Source: Macrostomum lignano | Taxonomy: Eukaryota | NCBI GenBank assembly: GCA_002269645.1 | Contig: NIVC01000084.1 | Coordinates: 248,001-312,000, forward strand | Reading direction: 5' to 3' | DNA length: 64,000 bases | Part shown: piece by piece, positions 1-18,179 of the stretch | How positions within the stretch are numbered: the stretch's first letter is position 1 | Layout of the letters: each line of letters begins with the position of its first letter | Notes under the pieces: model-generated | Databases searched by the model: none | Seen by the model: the letters and a program-made list of their open reading frames with translations, nothing else | Told to the model about the DNA's origin: nothing | Translations under genes and position numbers: made by a program

Positions 1-1349
1 TGCTTGACGTTGTCAAAATTCTTACGCCATCCCGGTGATCGAGAGTCTTCAGGCGTTGTCTCTCTTGCCTCGATTAGCTTCACCAGAGTTTCAATATCGT
101 TCACGTACCTGCCTGACCAGTCTACCTGCCAGTCTGTGGCGCCCCACTCGGTCACAGAGATCTTCGTTTCGTATTCGAACAGCACGCAACGTGATAGGCA
201 AGGCGGCTCAGGTCGACTCATGATTTCGCCGACGCAGCTAACACGGTCTATGAAGTCTTTGAAGGTTTTGTTGAAGGCCTCGCTGAAAGCGGCACAGTAG
301 GCATTCTCCTTGGTGGGCACTCGGGGCCTGGGGTAGCCCGGCACGCCCAGGATGCAGTTGCAGTTCTCCATCACTAGTTGCTGCCTGTTGAGCTTAATGC
401 ACTCTTTTTGGGAGTAGTCAAAGTTTCGACCTAGATCCATGTAGGACTCACCCTCGCCCTCGATGCACGGATTCACGGGCGTGTTGCTGCGGTTCCAGAT
501 AGTCGGTGTGTAGGCCAGTTCAGTCATTTTTCCCGCCTCAATGTTCATGCCTTGATGTTCGACATCTGGATAGCGGTTCGGTTCATGGATCACCACGCGC
601 AGACCCGCTGCCTGATCAAAGACGTCGTTAAGAAAGCCCTGCTGATGATTGGCGTAGTCGGGCTTGGGTCCCAGGTCAACAGCCAGTCCAAGGGAGTAGG
701 TTTCTAGAGAGGTTTTCTGTTCTCTTGGCTCTACGGTGTAGCAGTTTAGGTGCTTGGGATGCGAAAAAAGTTTTATATCGAAGCCGTGCTCGCTGAGGTC
801 GCAGGGATCTTTGAAGTAGATAACGCCCATTTGACGGACAATGCACTTTCGAATAACGCTCTGTGCGTGACTGAGCCTGATGATGCTCTCGTAAGGAATG
901 TTCTGATAGTAAACCTCAACAGAGTCGTAGTACAGGGCATATTCTATGGGGTCCATGTTATCTTTGCTAATAGCTGAGAAATCGCCAGTCCTATTGATCG
1001 CTTTCAACGCGAGATCGCGCAGTAATCGGTTGTAGCTTCTCGGCGACATCACCGATTTGTTGGACCACAACGGGAAAGCGCTTCGCGAGAACGGCTGGTG
1101 CAGGCACACCGTTATAGCTGGAAACTTTGAATTGAACTTCTGCTTGTCGGAAATATGCACTATGACGTCATAGTTGAGATAGCGATGGACAGAGAAGGAC
1201 ACGGAAACTATTAACGCCAGACTCATTCCAACGACAAATGCGAGCCACATTTTGCGTAGAAATTTTGATGACGAGCGAGCAATCTTTGGCATTCCTCGGA
1301 TCGAGCTGCACTCGCAGAACAGCATGACGCCGTTCTTGCGCCGCTCCAT
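1..1349 (-). CDS. DEG/ENaC (ASIC/FaNaC-like) channel subunit, copy 1; 3' part runs off the left edge
   Basis: Near-identical to 7144-8491. ATG at 1349 (MERRKNG). FPAITVC post-TM1 motif and Cys-rich thumb present. CCCC at 142-145 keeps the frame (ETKISVTEWGATDWQVDWSGRYVN). Absent from the ORF track, presumably because no stop lies inside the window. A phase-1 acceptor at 1358-1360 suggests a possible upstream exon. Confidence 0.9.
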   Translation of the reverse strand, partial: MERRKNGVMLFCECSSIRGMPKIARSSSKFLRKMWLAFVVGMSLALIVSVSFSVHRYLNYDVIVHISDKQKFNSKFPAITVCLHQPFSRSAFPLWSNKSVMSPRSYNRLLRDLALKAINRTGDFSAISKDNMDPIEYALYYDSVEVYYQNIPYESIIRLSHAQSVIRKCIVRQMGVIYFKDPCDLSEHGFDIKLFSHPKHLNCYTVEPREQKTSLETYSLGLAVDLGPKPDYANHQQGFLNDVFDQAAGLRVVIHEPNRYPDVEHQGMNIEAGKMTELAYTPTIWNRSNTPVNPCIEGEGESYMDLGRNFDYSQKECIKLNRQQLVMENCNCILGVPGYPRPRVPTKENAYCAAFSEAFNKTFKDFIDRVSCVGEIMSRPEPPCLSRCVLFEYETKISVTEWGATDWQVDWSGRYVNDIETLVKLIEARETTPEDSRSPGWRKNFDNVK

Positions 1350-2654
1350 GCCGCCACCTGAGGGGAAGGGGTCGTGTCCGGGATGCTTGCAACTTTTTAA
1401 ATTGCATGGCTCAGCAAATGCAATTCTATCACTGTGATTGATATTTTGACTGAAAGTACATACGAAATCTTGAAAGCGTGTACTTGTATTTTATCCTGTT
1501 CAAATACCCGGTAGGCGTCAATGACGTCAATATGCTTCAATTCTTTAGAATCATTGTAAGTTGGGACACAGCATCTGTAAAGCCTTCTTTGTTATTAACA
1601 GTATTATACATCACAGTTGTTATTCCCTTGTTCCGCTGCTATTGAAATACATTTACTAAAATTTGACAAAAACCCAATGGCAATGCTTTTATTAACGACT
1701 CAAGTATGTCATTTACAGAACCAGCGAGAGCGCGTAGCATAACTGAACTGATTTATTACGGCAATTAAAAGCAAGCGCTGCATTAACTGATTGAGTTTAC
1801 TGCAGACGGGGATGTGCTAATGCACTATAGAGTTATAAGTCTGGTAAAAGTTCAAGATGCCGGCCGTATCTGAGCTGATCTGACTTCTTGAAATGCGAAA
1901 TGCAAAATGCAAAAAAGGTGCCAAACATTGATAACGGAAGGTAGAATTTTTAAATTTCCTGTTTAAAAAAACGGTGTTAGAAGCAAGGCACAATTAACAG
2001 CGGATTTAAAGTCCCTATATGATCGAATGCCCGAGACAGCTTCAATATTTTAGCGCGTGAAACAGAGTGAAGCTTTAAAAATATTTACTAAACGAATTAA
2101 CCTGGATGGATGGCTCCGGCCTAATATTCTGCCTCCCTGTATTGCATGCTAAAGAACTAATGAAGGGAGTCACAGAACCCGCGCTACTTGGTGGACATTT
2201 CAAGGAGGCTCACGATGTTGGGCTGAGTGGGCAGCCGATGGCGGTGCAGCTGCGCCAGATTTAACAGCTTCGCAGCCGCTCTGAGCATCCCGCATTCTCG
2301 AGTACTCGCCCAGCTGGTCCATTTACTCTCTTTTAAATCTGACAGACAAGCGCCTTCTGTTCCGGTCGGTCTTGATCAGAGCTGCAGCGAATGCAACTTC
2401 GAGGCTTGAAGAAAAAGTTCCACTTTTGCCTTGTCCAGCCATAAAAGCCCGAGTCCGTCCACGAGGATATTTATACTCATATGCTCATATACATATTGCT
2501 AGGGGGATGCCGCCCAACTCATTATGCCGCGCCTCGACACTCCCTGAACATCTGGCTTGGCTGCCCCCTCCCCTTCCCGGTGCATTCGGCCGGCTTCTTC
2601 TTGGCCTGCTGGGGCCTCCTGTCAGCCAATAACAAACCGACTGACACATAGATT

Positions 2655-3271
<617 letters not shown>

Positions 3272-3769
3272 GGAAATTTCTCTACTCATGATTGCTGTGA
3301 ACAAGAGCTAAGCAGATGCGCTGCCACCTCCGCCCAAGCATTTACCTGAAACGGGCGCCTTTATCTTCTTCTGCTGACGAAGTTCAGCGCGGCCTCCGAG
3401 TTGTTCAGGACTGCTTGGCTTCTCAATAAACACCTGACGCAGCTCAGCCTCCAGGTCTTCTGCGGGAGAGCGGCGGTCACAAAAAGGTATTTATTGTGTA
3501 AAAAAATCGATAAGAAATGGGCCGCATTGATTGACAGCTGCCATTGAAAGGCTTAATTATCTTTTCAACAATGACAGCGGACTCCCCATTGACTGCTATG
3601 AATGGGATTTGGAAAAGGGAATGGAGCTGCCGACTGCGGACAATCCGCCTCTAAATTTTCTAATGACGGCAGGAGCTCATATTTGATTCCCTCTCTGAAG
3701 CAGTCGACTCTGTCCATCTCCTGTGCGCCTCTGTTTATCTGTCCCATCATCCACATGTCAAACTGGCTA

Positions 3770-4666
<897 letters not shown>

Positions 4667-6644
4667 TAATACTTGACTCTACTGTATCATACGGCCCTTT
4701 GTCCCAGCCCTCTAGATGTGTATGGCCTACAAGCTACCAGCCATTGGTCTCTAGCATCTCGTAGTTACTACTTTTTAGATGAGCAAATTATCGTGCAATT
4801 ATAATGATACCCTTACGCTACGTCCCTAATTTTTCCTACCGTGTCTTTAAAGACCACTTCTGAGTTTCTACTATAAGTAGGATCCATCGCAAAAATTTAA
4901 TAATTGATTGTAAATTTTAAACTAAAAAATAGAAGGCAAATAGAGGACTTTATAACTTTGCCAAAGTTTGGAGTTGCGGCAGTCCTTTGAAAAGCTTTTT
5001 TATTCATATTCTTGCATAGGGAATCAAATACAAGTAGATACATGTACAACTAGTTTTCATAGGGCAAGCATGCGAGACATGATTATATTGAATATCTATC
5101 AATAATAACTTTTGAGTAACATTTACCATTTACTGGTCGTCTTTAGCAAAGATATTTTAAACGGCACTGACACATGCGTATCGACAGGCGGGCATTTATT
5201 TTGCTGAATATTTCTTTCACTGTGTATAACAAATTGGAATATATCGATTCAAATGTAATCTATTTTCATTACGTAGTCGTTGACAAGCAGACGATACACG
5301 ATTCGTGCAGTTTTTGTTAAACTGGCATGCTTTTAGGCGTTGTCGTCCATAACTGGAATTAGCTGTCTGGCGCCACCGCCACCAGACGAACGAGACAAAA
5401 GAAAAGTAAAACAAAACGCTCACAACGAAACAAACGAGAACGAGGCTCTTGTTTTGAAGATATTAATTCCTAGCTGTGCATTCCAACTGGCGATCTGGGC
5501 ATAAAAAAAGCGGTACACACCGGGCCGCAATCTATCTTTATCAATACAGGTCTTTCTGATCGAGCATTTTAGCCCCCCACAAACTTGCCTGCAGAACACA
5601 GAGACCGGGTCGTAGGGGAAATCACGCAGAGGGGAGTGGAGGTGATCGGGGCGAGGTCTTTCGGAGGGTCGGGGAAGTTTTTTTACTCTACTAGAAATGT
5701 GAAGCGTGATCACGCAAAAGTAAAAAAAAGTGCATTACAAAATCGCAGCCCTTGGCGGTGTTTGCCCGATCTCCCCCGCTTCAATCATATATTATAACCG
5801 TCAAAACGCGTTGGAAGTTAGCCAGTAGCCGCCCATAGGCGTGGGGATCAATTTTGTCTTTGCAACGATCCGACAGCCCTAATGCTTAGCGACATATCGC
5901 CACTGCGGCCAAGGGCAACTAGAGGGTGAGGGCCTGTCATCGATAAGCCTTCACTGATCGCTCGTTTGCGCTGTAAAAGCGGTTTTAGGGAGTTGTTTTA
6001 GTATCTAGCTCATAAGTGTATATAATAAAGTGCATGGCTACTTACGTGCGTATTATCAAAATCATGATGAATGTCCATGACTAAGAAGCGTACAATAAAA
6101 CATTAATAAACATCACTGCAAAGATACAGTACTACAGTTACTACAGTAACAAAGATTACAGTCGTAACAAAGTTACTGTAGAGAACGTTTTTCAAAGCAC
6201 GAAAATGTTCGGCTAATTAGTTTGTTTCATAAAGCATGTCTCAAAAATAAGTTTAAACCGATCTTAACCATAAGTCACAACACTGACGGGCAAGATTATT
6301 GAAGAAGCAAAAAGCAAAATTTTAACTCTTTGCCACTCTACCGTGGTGTCTTTGTACAATGACAAGGTTATTTTGACCAGAGACCACTTAACCAGAGTTT
6401 CAATTTGAAATTGGACAAAAAAGATAACTGAGTTACAGGGATGACGGTGCCAGTATAACGACCGTCTGTACTTCTGTAACTAATAAAATTGATTATAACC
6501 AAACTTCAGTTTATAAGCTGCACTGTCCTCAGCCCAGCCTGTCATTCAGAGCTTTATCATTGCGGCACAGATAAGAACTGTTTCAGTCACTCCAATTACC
6601 GCTTTGATTTGTTGAATTATAATTGGTTTGCCACCTGTACCTTG

Positions 6645-8491
6645 TCATAGCCGGGAGACATCCGCCCGACGGTGGCAGTTCATCGGAAGCTGGTCGCTGC
6701 CATCGCCGTCCACATCGACGTCCATGTCGTCCCCGTCAGATCCAGAATTAGCGGCCCTAAGGCGCATGGCATCGGCTGACATGGAGGTCGCAGCTGCGGC
6801 TGCTTGACTCTCCGCTGTCGCAGGCGCTGTCGTCACCGCCGCCGCGGCCGTGGCATTAGCGGAGTTCTCAGTGCTGTCGTTTCGCCTTGACGTCAGGTAG
6901 ATATAGACAAACTCGACAATTTCAACGGCGACAGCGCAAGTGAGGCCGATGGTTAGGGAGCAGAGCCCGCCAATCTGAGACATCAGGGCATTCAATGTCA
7001 GCACCTGCTTCTCCTCCTTTAGAATTAGGTTGTCGCCCTTTCGTTTCAGCAAAACGTACGCAAAACTCTTCGATTCCAACATGCGATCGTTGTTTTGAGC
7101 AGTCGAAGTCAGGTTGTCTTCCTCTAGGTAGCGCAGTAGACGCTGCTTGACGTTGTCAAAATTCTTACGCCATCCCGGTGATCGAGAGTCTTCAGGCGTT
7201 GTCTCTCTTGCCTCGATTAGCTTCACCAGAGTTTCAATATCGTTCACGTACCTGCCTGACCAGTCTACCTGCCAGTCTGTGGCGCCCACTCGGTCACAGA
7301 GATCTTCGTTTCGTATTCGAACAGCACGCAACGTGATAGGCAAGGCGGCTCAGGTCGACTCATGATTTCGCCGACGCAGCTAACACGGTCTATGAAGTCT
7401 TTGAAGGTTTTGTTGAAGGCCTCGCTGAAAGCGGCACAGTAGGCATTCTCCTTGGTGGGCACTCGGGGCCTGGGGTAGCCCGGCACGCCCAGGATGCAGT
7501 TGCAGTTCTCCATCACTAGTTGCTGCCTGTTGAGCTTAATGCACTCTTTTTGGGAGTAGTCAAAGTTTCGACCTAGATCCATGTAGGACTCACCCTCGCC
7601 CTCGATGCACGGATTCACGGGCGTGTTGCTGCGGTTCCAGATAGTCGGTGTGTAGGCCAGTTCAGTCATTTTTCCCGCCTCAATGTTCATGCCTTGATGT
7701 TCGACATCTGGATAGCGGTTCGGTTCATGGATCACCACGCGCAGACCCGCTGCCTGATCAAAGACGTCGTTAAGAAAGCCCTGCTGATGATTGGCGTAGT
7801 CGGGCTTGGGTCCCAGGTCAACAGCCAGTCCAAGGGAGTAGGTTTCTAGAGAGGTTTTCTGTTCTCTTGGCTCTACGGTGTAGCAGTTTAGGTGCTTGGG
7901 ATGCGAAAAAAGTTTTATATCGAAGCCGTGCTCGCTGAGGTCGCAGGGATCTTTGAAGTAGATAACGCCCATTTGACGGACAATGCACTTTCGAATAACG
8001 CTCTGTGCGTGACTGAGCCTGATGATGCTCTCGTAAGGAATGTTCTGATAGTAAACCTCAACAGAGTCGTAGTACAGGGCATATTCTATGGGGTCCATGT
8101 TATCTTTGCTAATAGCTGAGAAATCGCCAGTCCTATTGATCGCTTTCAACGCGAGATCGCGCAGTAATCGGTTGTAGCTTCTCGGCGACATCACCGATTT
8201 GTTGGACCACAACGGGAAAGCGCTTCGCGAGAACGGCTGGTGCAGGCACACCGTTATAGCTGGAAACTTTGAATTGAACTTCTGCTTGTCGGAAATATGC
8301 ACTATGACGTCATAGTTGAGATAGCGATGGACAGAGAAGGACACGGAAACTATTAACGCCAGACTCATTCCAACGACAAATGCGAGCCACATTTTGCGTA
8401 GAAATTTTGATGACGAGCGAGCAATCTTTGGCATTCCTCGGATCGAGCTGCACTCGCAGAACAGCATGACGCCGTTCTTGCGCCGCTCCAT
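6645..8491 (-). CDS. DEG/ENaC channel subunit, copy 2, ~615 aa if the 1-bp frameshift at 7285-7287 is corrected (pseudogene or assembly error)
   Basis: ORF 7265-8491 has the pre-TM1 segment, TM1, FPAITVC, GLRVVIHEP and the Cys-rich domain. ORF 6645-7343 has TM2 LMSQIGGLCSLTIGLT and the tail. They join in frame if CCC at 7285-7287 is CCCC as in copy 1. Confidence 0.85.
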
Positions 8492-9794
8492 GCCGCCACC
8501 TGAGGGGAAGGGGTCGTGTCCGGGATGCTTGCAACTTTTTAAATTGCATGGCTCAGCAAATGCAATTCTATCACTGTGATTGATATTTTGACTGAAAGTA
8601 CATACGAAATCTTGAAAGCGTGTACTTGTATTTTATCCTGTTCAAATACCCGGTAGGCGTCAATGACGTCAATATGCTTCAATTCTTTAGAATCATTGTA
8701 AGTTGGGACACAGCATCTGTAAAGCCTTCTTTGTTATTAACAGTATTATACATCACAGTTGTTATTCCTTGTTCCGCTGCTATTGAAATACATTTACTAA
8801 AATTTGACAAAAACCCAATGGCAATGCTTTTATTAACGACTCAAGTATGTCATTTACAGAACCAGCGAGAGCGCGTAGCATAACTGAACTGATTTATTAC
8901 GGCAATTAAAAGCAAGCGCTGCATTAACTGATTGAGTTTACTGCAGACGGGGATGTGCTAATGCACTATAGAGTTATAAGTCTGGTAAAAGTTCAAGATG
9001 CCGGCCGTATCTGAGCTGATCTGACTTCTTGAAATGCGAAATGCAAAATGCAAAAAAGGTGCCAAACATTGATAACGGAAGGTAGAATTTTTAAATTTCC
9101 TGTTTAAAAAAACGGTGTTAGAAGCAAGGCACAATTAACAGCGGATTTAAAGTCCCTATATGATCGAATGCCCGAGACAGCTTCAATATTTTAGCGCGTG
9201 AAACAGAGTGAAGCTTTAAAAATATTTACTAAACGAATTAACCTGGATGGATGGCTCCGGCCTAATATTCTGCCTCCCTGTATTGCATGCTAAAGAACTA
9301 ATGAAGGGAGTCACAGAACCCGCGCTACTTGGTGGACATTTCAAGGAGGCTCACGATGTTGGGCTGAGTGGGCAGCCGATGGCGGTGCAGCTGCGCCAGA
9401 TTTAACAGCTTCGCAGCCGCTCTGAGCATCCCGCATTCTCGAGTACTCGCCCAGCTGGTCCATTTACTCTCTTTTAAATCTGACAGACAAGCGCCTTCTG
9501 TTCCGGTCGGTCTTGATCAGAGCTGCAGCGAATGCAACTTCGAGGCTTGAAGAAAAAGTTCCACTTTTGCCTTGTCCAGCCATAAAAGCCCGAGTCCGTC
9601 CACGAGGATATTTATACTCATATGCTCATATACATATTGCTAGGGGGGATGCCGCCCAACTCATTATGCCGCGCCTCGACACTCCCTGAACATCTGGCTT
9701 GGCTGCCCCCTCCCCTTCCCGGTGCATTCGGCCGGCTTCTTCTTGGCCTGCTGGGGCCTCCTGTCAGCCAATAACAAACCGACTGACACATAGA

Positions 9795-10349
<555 letters not shown>

Positions 10350-10846
10350 GGAAATTTCTCTACTCATGATTGCTGTGAACAAGAGCTAAGCAGATGCGCT
10401 GCCACCTCCGCCCAAGCATTTACCTGAAACGGGCGCCTTTATCTTCTTCTGCTGACGAAGTTCAGCGCGGCCTCCGAGTTGTTCAGGACTGCTTGGCTTC
10501 TCAATAAACACCTGACGCAGCTCAGCCTCCAGGTCTTCTGCGGGAGAGCGGCGGTCACAAAAAGGTATTTATTGTGTAAAAAATCGATAAGAAATGGGCC
10601 GCATTGATTGACAGCTGCCATTGAAAGGCTTAATTATCTTTTCAACAATGACAGCGGACTCCCCATTGACTGCTATGAATGGGATTTGGAAAAGGGAATG
10701 GAGCTGCCGACTGCGGACAATCCGCCTCTAAATTTTCTAATGACGGCAGGAGCTCATATTTGATTCCCTCTCTGAAGCAGTCGACTCTGTCCATCTCCTG
10801 TGCGCCTCTGTTTATCTGTCCCATCATCCACATGTCAAACTGGCTA

Positions 10847-13899
<3,053 letters not shown>

Positions 13900-14919
13900 T
13901 AAAGTCTCTCACTTTCCCATTGTTCTGGTATCCTTCATCATCAGACACTCCTCCCAGCAGCTTTCGGACCCGGGCAGCATTAGCCCCGGGAGCGAGTCAG
14001 TGCCGGTCAGTCCATCATTTCCCCCACCCATTGGAGACTGACGCCACTGCAACGGGGCTACTCCGCAGAAATGGACGAGTATTTTGCCCTCCCTGCCTTC
14101 CCAAGCAAGCGGCCGCCAGCTAGGCAGACTCTTACTGAGAGAGAAATGCGACATAAAGCATTTTTGGCCAGCTGATTTACAAGCTTTCCCGCGTCGCAGC
14201 TCTGACACTTGCTGGCCGCGGTGGGTGCAGCAGTGAAAATGAAGAATAAAAAACTGTTTACTGCACACCTCGCAGAAAAAAACAAGTCGTTACTTAATGC
14301 AGCTAAATAATATATGCCTTCCTATACCAGGCTATTCTCAACCGGGGTTCTCGTAGATCACTCTGAGTCGAGAGCCTAATAAAACAAATACGATCTCAAT
14401 ATTTCCGACTGTCTACAGGTTTGAGGAGTGAAATACTTACTCATCTCGAACTCATCAGGAGCAGTAGAATTGCTGCTTGTAAAATTCTGCCTCATCCAGA
14501 TAATCGAAATGCACGGTTTTAGTTTCAGCTGAAATAACTTCAATTTCCTCTAGATTTTTTAGGTAGGGCCAGCCCAGTGGCTTTGGGGGATGGGATATTT
14601 AATACAAATAGAATTGAGCTCCGGTAGCTACCAGGATCCTCATTGGTCCGCTGGAACTGACTGGGAGCTTGGTGAGTGATTTCTACTGCGTTGAAGATCA
14701 TTGAGCCTGATAGGAGTTAGCTGGGGTGATAAATTATGCAGAATGACGAGTAACTGTGTCTTATGCTGCATTGAGAGTGATTGACTCCTTAGAAGTGCTT
14801 TTGCAAACACATGCGAAGCAACAGTGTCTTTAAATTTCCTTTATAGTTACATTTTCGATTAATTCTTTCGCTGACAGAGATGTCAGAGATGGTTCAGAAG
14901 GAGCCCCTGAAAAGATAAG

Positions 14920-15665
14920 AAATCGTGTACATTGGCATCCCTGCCAGACAGAAAATCGTGCATATTTTTATCCCTCACATAACGAGAGTCGTGTACATTG
15001 GTATCCCTGACAGACAAAGAGTCGTGTACATTGTTATCCCTGACAGACAGAGAGTCGTGTACATTGGTATCCCTGACAGACAAAGAGTCGTGTACATTGT
15101 TATCCCTGACAGACAGAGAGTCGTGTACATTGGTATCCCTGACAGACAAAGAGTCGTGTACATTGGTATCCCTGACAGACAGAGAGTCGTGTACATTGGT
15201 ATCCAGAGAATCGTGTACATTGGTATCCCTGACAGACAGAGAATCGTGTACATTGGTATCCTTGACAGACAGATAGTCGTGTACATTGTTATCCCTGACA
15301 GACAGAGAGTCGTGTACATTGGTATCCTTGACAGACAGATAGTCGTGTACATTGGTATCCAGAGAATCGTGTACATTGGTATCCCTGACAGACAGAGAGT
15401 CGTGTACATTGTTATCCCTGACAGACAGAGAGTCGTGTACATTGTTATCCATGACAGACAGAGAGTCGTTTACATTGGTATCCCTGACAGACAGAGAGTC
15501 GTGTACATTGTTATCCCTGACAGACAAAGAGTCGTGTACATTGGTATCCAGAGAGTCGTGTACATTGTTATCCCTGACAGACAGAGAGTCGTGTACATTG
15601 GTATCCCTGACAGACAGAGAGTCGTGTACATTGGTATCCAGAGAGTCGTGTACATTGGTATCCCT
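14920..15665 (+). repeat. 33-bp minisatellite (GAGTCGTGTACATTGGTATCCCTGACAGACAGA) with 24-bp deletion variants
   Basis: Tandem periodicity read directly. Confidence 0.95.
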
Positions 15666-16228
15666 CTAAAAAAATAAAAAAAATGCCGGCATATTTTGAG
15701 ATGTAGGAACCAACATTTAGGAGTAAAATTAGGAGCAGAAAAGTAAAAAAGAATGATGGCGGTTGGTGCTCACGAAAGCCGACGAATTTCAATTTAACTA
15801 ATGGATCGGTCGAGAGACGGTTGCTGGTCGGCGCTTGCTTTGATTCAACTCTGAGTGGAAGGCTCCCGACAACAGCAAGACTTTAACAGAGCAGATGGAA
15901 CTCTAGATGGCGTGTGCCAAGCCACATATGAGAGCAACAGAGACTCACGAAATCCTCTCTGTGGGTTAAATCAATCCCATTATTTGATAGTTAAATCCCG
16001 AAGCACCAGTTCCTCCTTCCATTTTTTCCTCAGTCGGTTTCCGAAATACCCGGCTTGTTCTTTTATGCTGGCTATTTGTTTAGCAATCAAATAGCTAGAT
16101 ACGACCGAAAATTCGGGACACGCAATAAAAATGGCTTCATGGTCTGGCTTTTTCATATTCGATTTTAATATATAAAATGGACTCGAATGTATTGGCAACT
16201 GAATTTATGAAGACTGCTAATGAGAGTC

Positions 16229-16806
16229 CATGGCGCCCAATCCAACGAAATGACGCCTAATCAAATGAAATGGCGCCTAATCGAATAAACTGGCGCCCAA
16301 TCCAACGAAATAGCGCCTAATCGAATGAACTGGCGCTTAATCAAATGAAATGGCGTCTAATCAATGGAATGGCGCCTAATCAAATGGAATGGCGCCTAAT
16401 CAAATGAAATGGCGCTTAATCAAATGAAATGGCGTCTAATCAAATGAAATGGCGCCTAATCAATGGAATGGCGCCTAATCAAATGAAATGGCGCCTAATC
16501 AAATGAAATTGCATCTAATCAATGGAATGGCGCCTAATCAAATGAAATGGCGCCCAATCCAATGAAATGGCGCCTAATCAAATGAAATGGCGCCTAATCA
16601 AATGAAATGGCGCCTAATCAATGGAAATGGCGCTTAATCAAATGAAACGGCGCCTAATCAAATGAAATGGCGCCTAATCAAATGAAACGGCGCCTAATCA
16701 AATGAAATGGCGCCTAATCAAATGAAATGGCGCCTAATCAAATGAAATGGCGCCCAATCAAACGAAATGGCGCCTAATCAAACGAAATGGCGCCGAATCA
16801 ATGAAA
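16229..16806 (+). repeat. 20-bp minisatellite (ATGGCGCCTAATCAAATGAA)
   Basis: About 29 units read directly. Confidence 0.95.
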
Positions 16807-17172
16807 CTTTCGCCATGTGAAATATAAATTAACTGTACTTTACTGGCCTTGCTTCATTGCAGATTAAAATTTCATGAGAACACATTTCAACGGAAAAGGA
16901 AAGAATGGTCTCCTTTGACTTTTTGCTTTTTTTGCAATTTTTGTTCAAAGCTTTCCCAACTGAGCCAAGCGTGACTTACTCGGTCCTGTGTGTCCAGCTT
17001 GATTAAAAGCTAAATGATTTCTTTAGAAGCTGCTCTCTGTTAGCCAAACAGAGTTGAGCATTAATTTTTAATCAATTTAGACTCTCAAAAAAGAGCTGCT
17101 CAGATCCTGTTTGAGTCATCAACTATCGTTTTCTTACGAAACTGTAGCTTCAATGTTGTCGTGGCTTGAACC

Positions 17173-17351
17173 CCCGCCCTCCGCAGAGCCCTGCTTGGAC
17201 TCAACCGCAGGGACATCAGGGCGGTGACCAGTGTCGTCCGCTACCCTGAGGACTACCGGGCGAGCGACCATCCACCTCCTGGACTCTCCGGAGGGGGACC
17301 GCGCTGAGGACACCGGCACCACCGGATCTCTGTGCGCGACACCGCAGCACC
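17173..17351 (+). mobile_element. Internally deleted 3' fragment of the LINE family found at 57650-58130
   Basis: Matches 57744-57800 and ~58010-58128, with ~210 bp missing at the junction near 17230. Confidence 0.8.
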
Positions 17352-18179
17352 AGCGACGCCTCAAACACAAAAAACGGCGCTTCTCAAGCCTAATTTACGG
17401 AGGATAAAACTGCAACTGCAAGCAACAATTGCTCCGATATTGCCCACCTCGCTAACTGCTAAACTGTTCCGGACCTGCGGGTCTGAAAAACTGACGCGAG
17501 TCGTGATGCTTCCCCGAGCAGCAGCCAAAGTGAAATAAAAACTGCCAACGCTTCTCGCGCGCTTCTTCGCTTCACGGAACGTCGCTTTAGGAGGATGAAA
17601 CTTTTTTGCATCTCTTTCCCCTCACGCGATCCCAGTACTGCAGCCCCGAGCCCAGTGCACCGAGCTGCAACCAGGCAGTCAGCTGAGAAGGCCTCTCCTC
17701 TCCTCTCCTGCAAATTCAGGGCAAGTCGAGGAAGAGAAGTGCGAGAAAAGCGCCTCCATTGGCAAGTTTGGCAACTCAGACTTAATTTCCCTCTGAAAGC
17801 TGATAGTATTAATCGCTTAATCTGTCATTTTATTCTCTCTGTATTAGCTTCCTCTAAATCGCCAATGTATATTCGTTATATTTGTTTATTAAATTATTGA
17901 CCAGTTTTCACTGGACTCTGGGAAATTAAATTGCAATAAGTACGAGCGTATTATCATAATGTATGACTTGACAGACCTGTTGGAATATTTGATCGCGCTT
18001 GACACATTTCTAATACAGGCTATGACGTAACACGATAGGCGCTTAGAGACTATTCGATCGACTAAAAGATTGAAGTTGAAAATAATACGCTCGTAATAGT
18101 GAAATAATAAAGTTTCCTGTATGAACCTATGTAGCCAATAATGCTTGATACGAACTTACCTTCGAACATTGTCTAGTAT

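Noticed and set aside
14883-15677. Overlapping repeat ORFs on both strands
   Set aside because: The 33-bp unit is a multiple of 3, so several frames are open by construction; no coding evidence.
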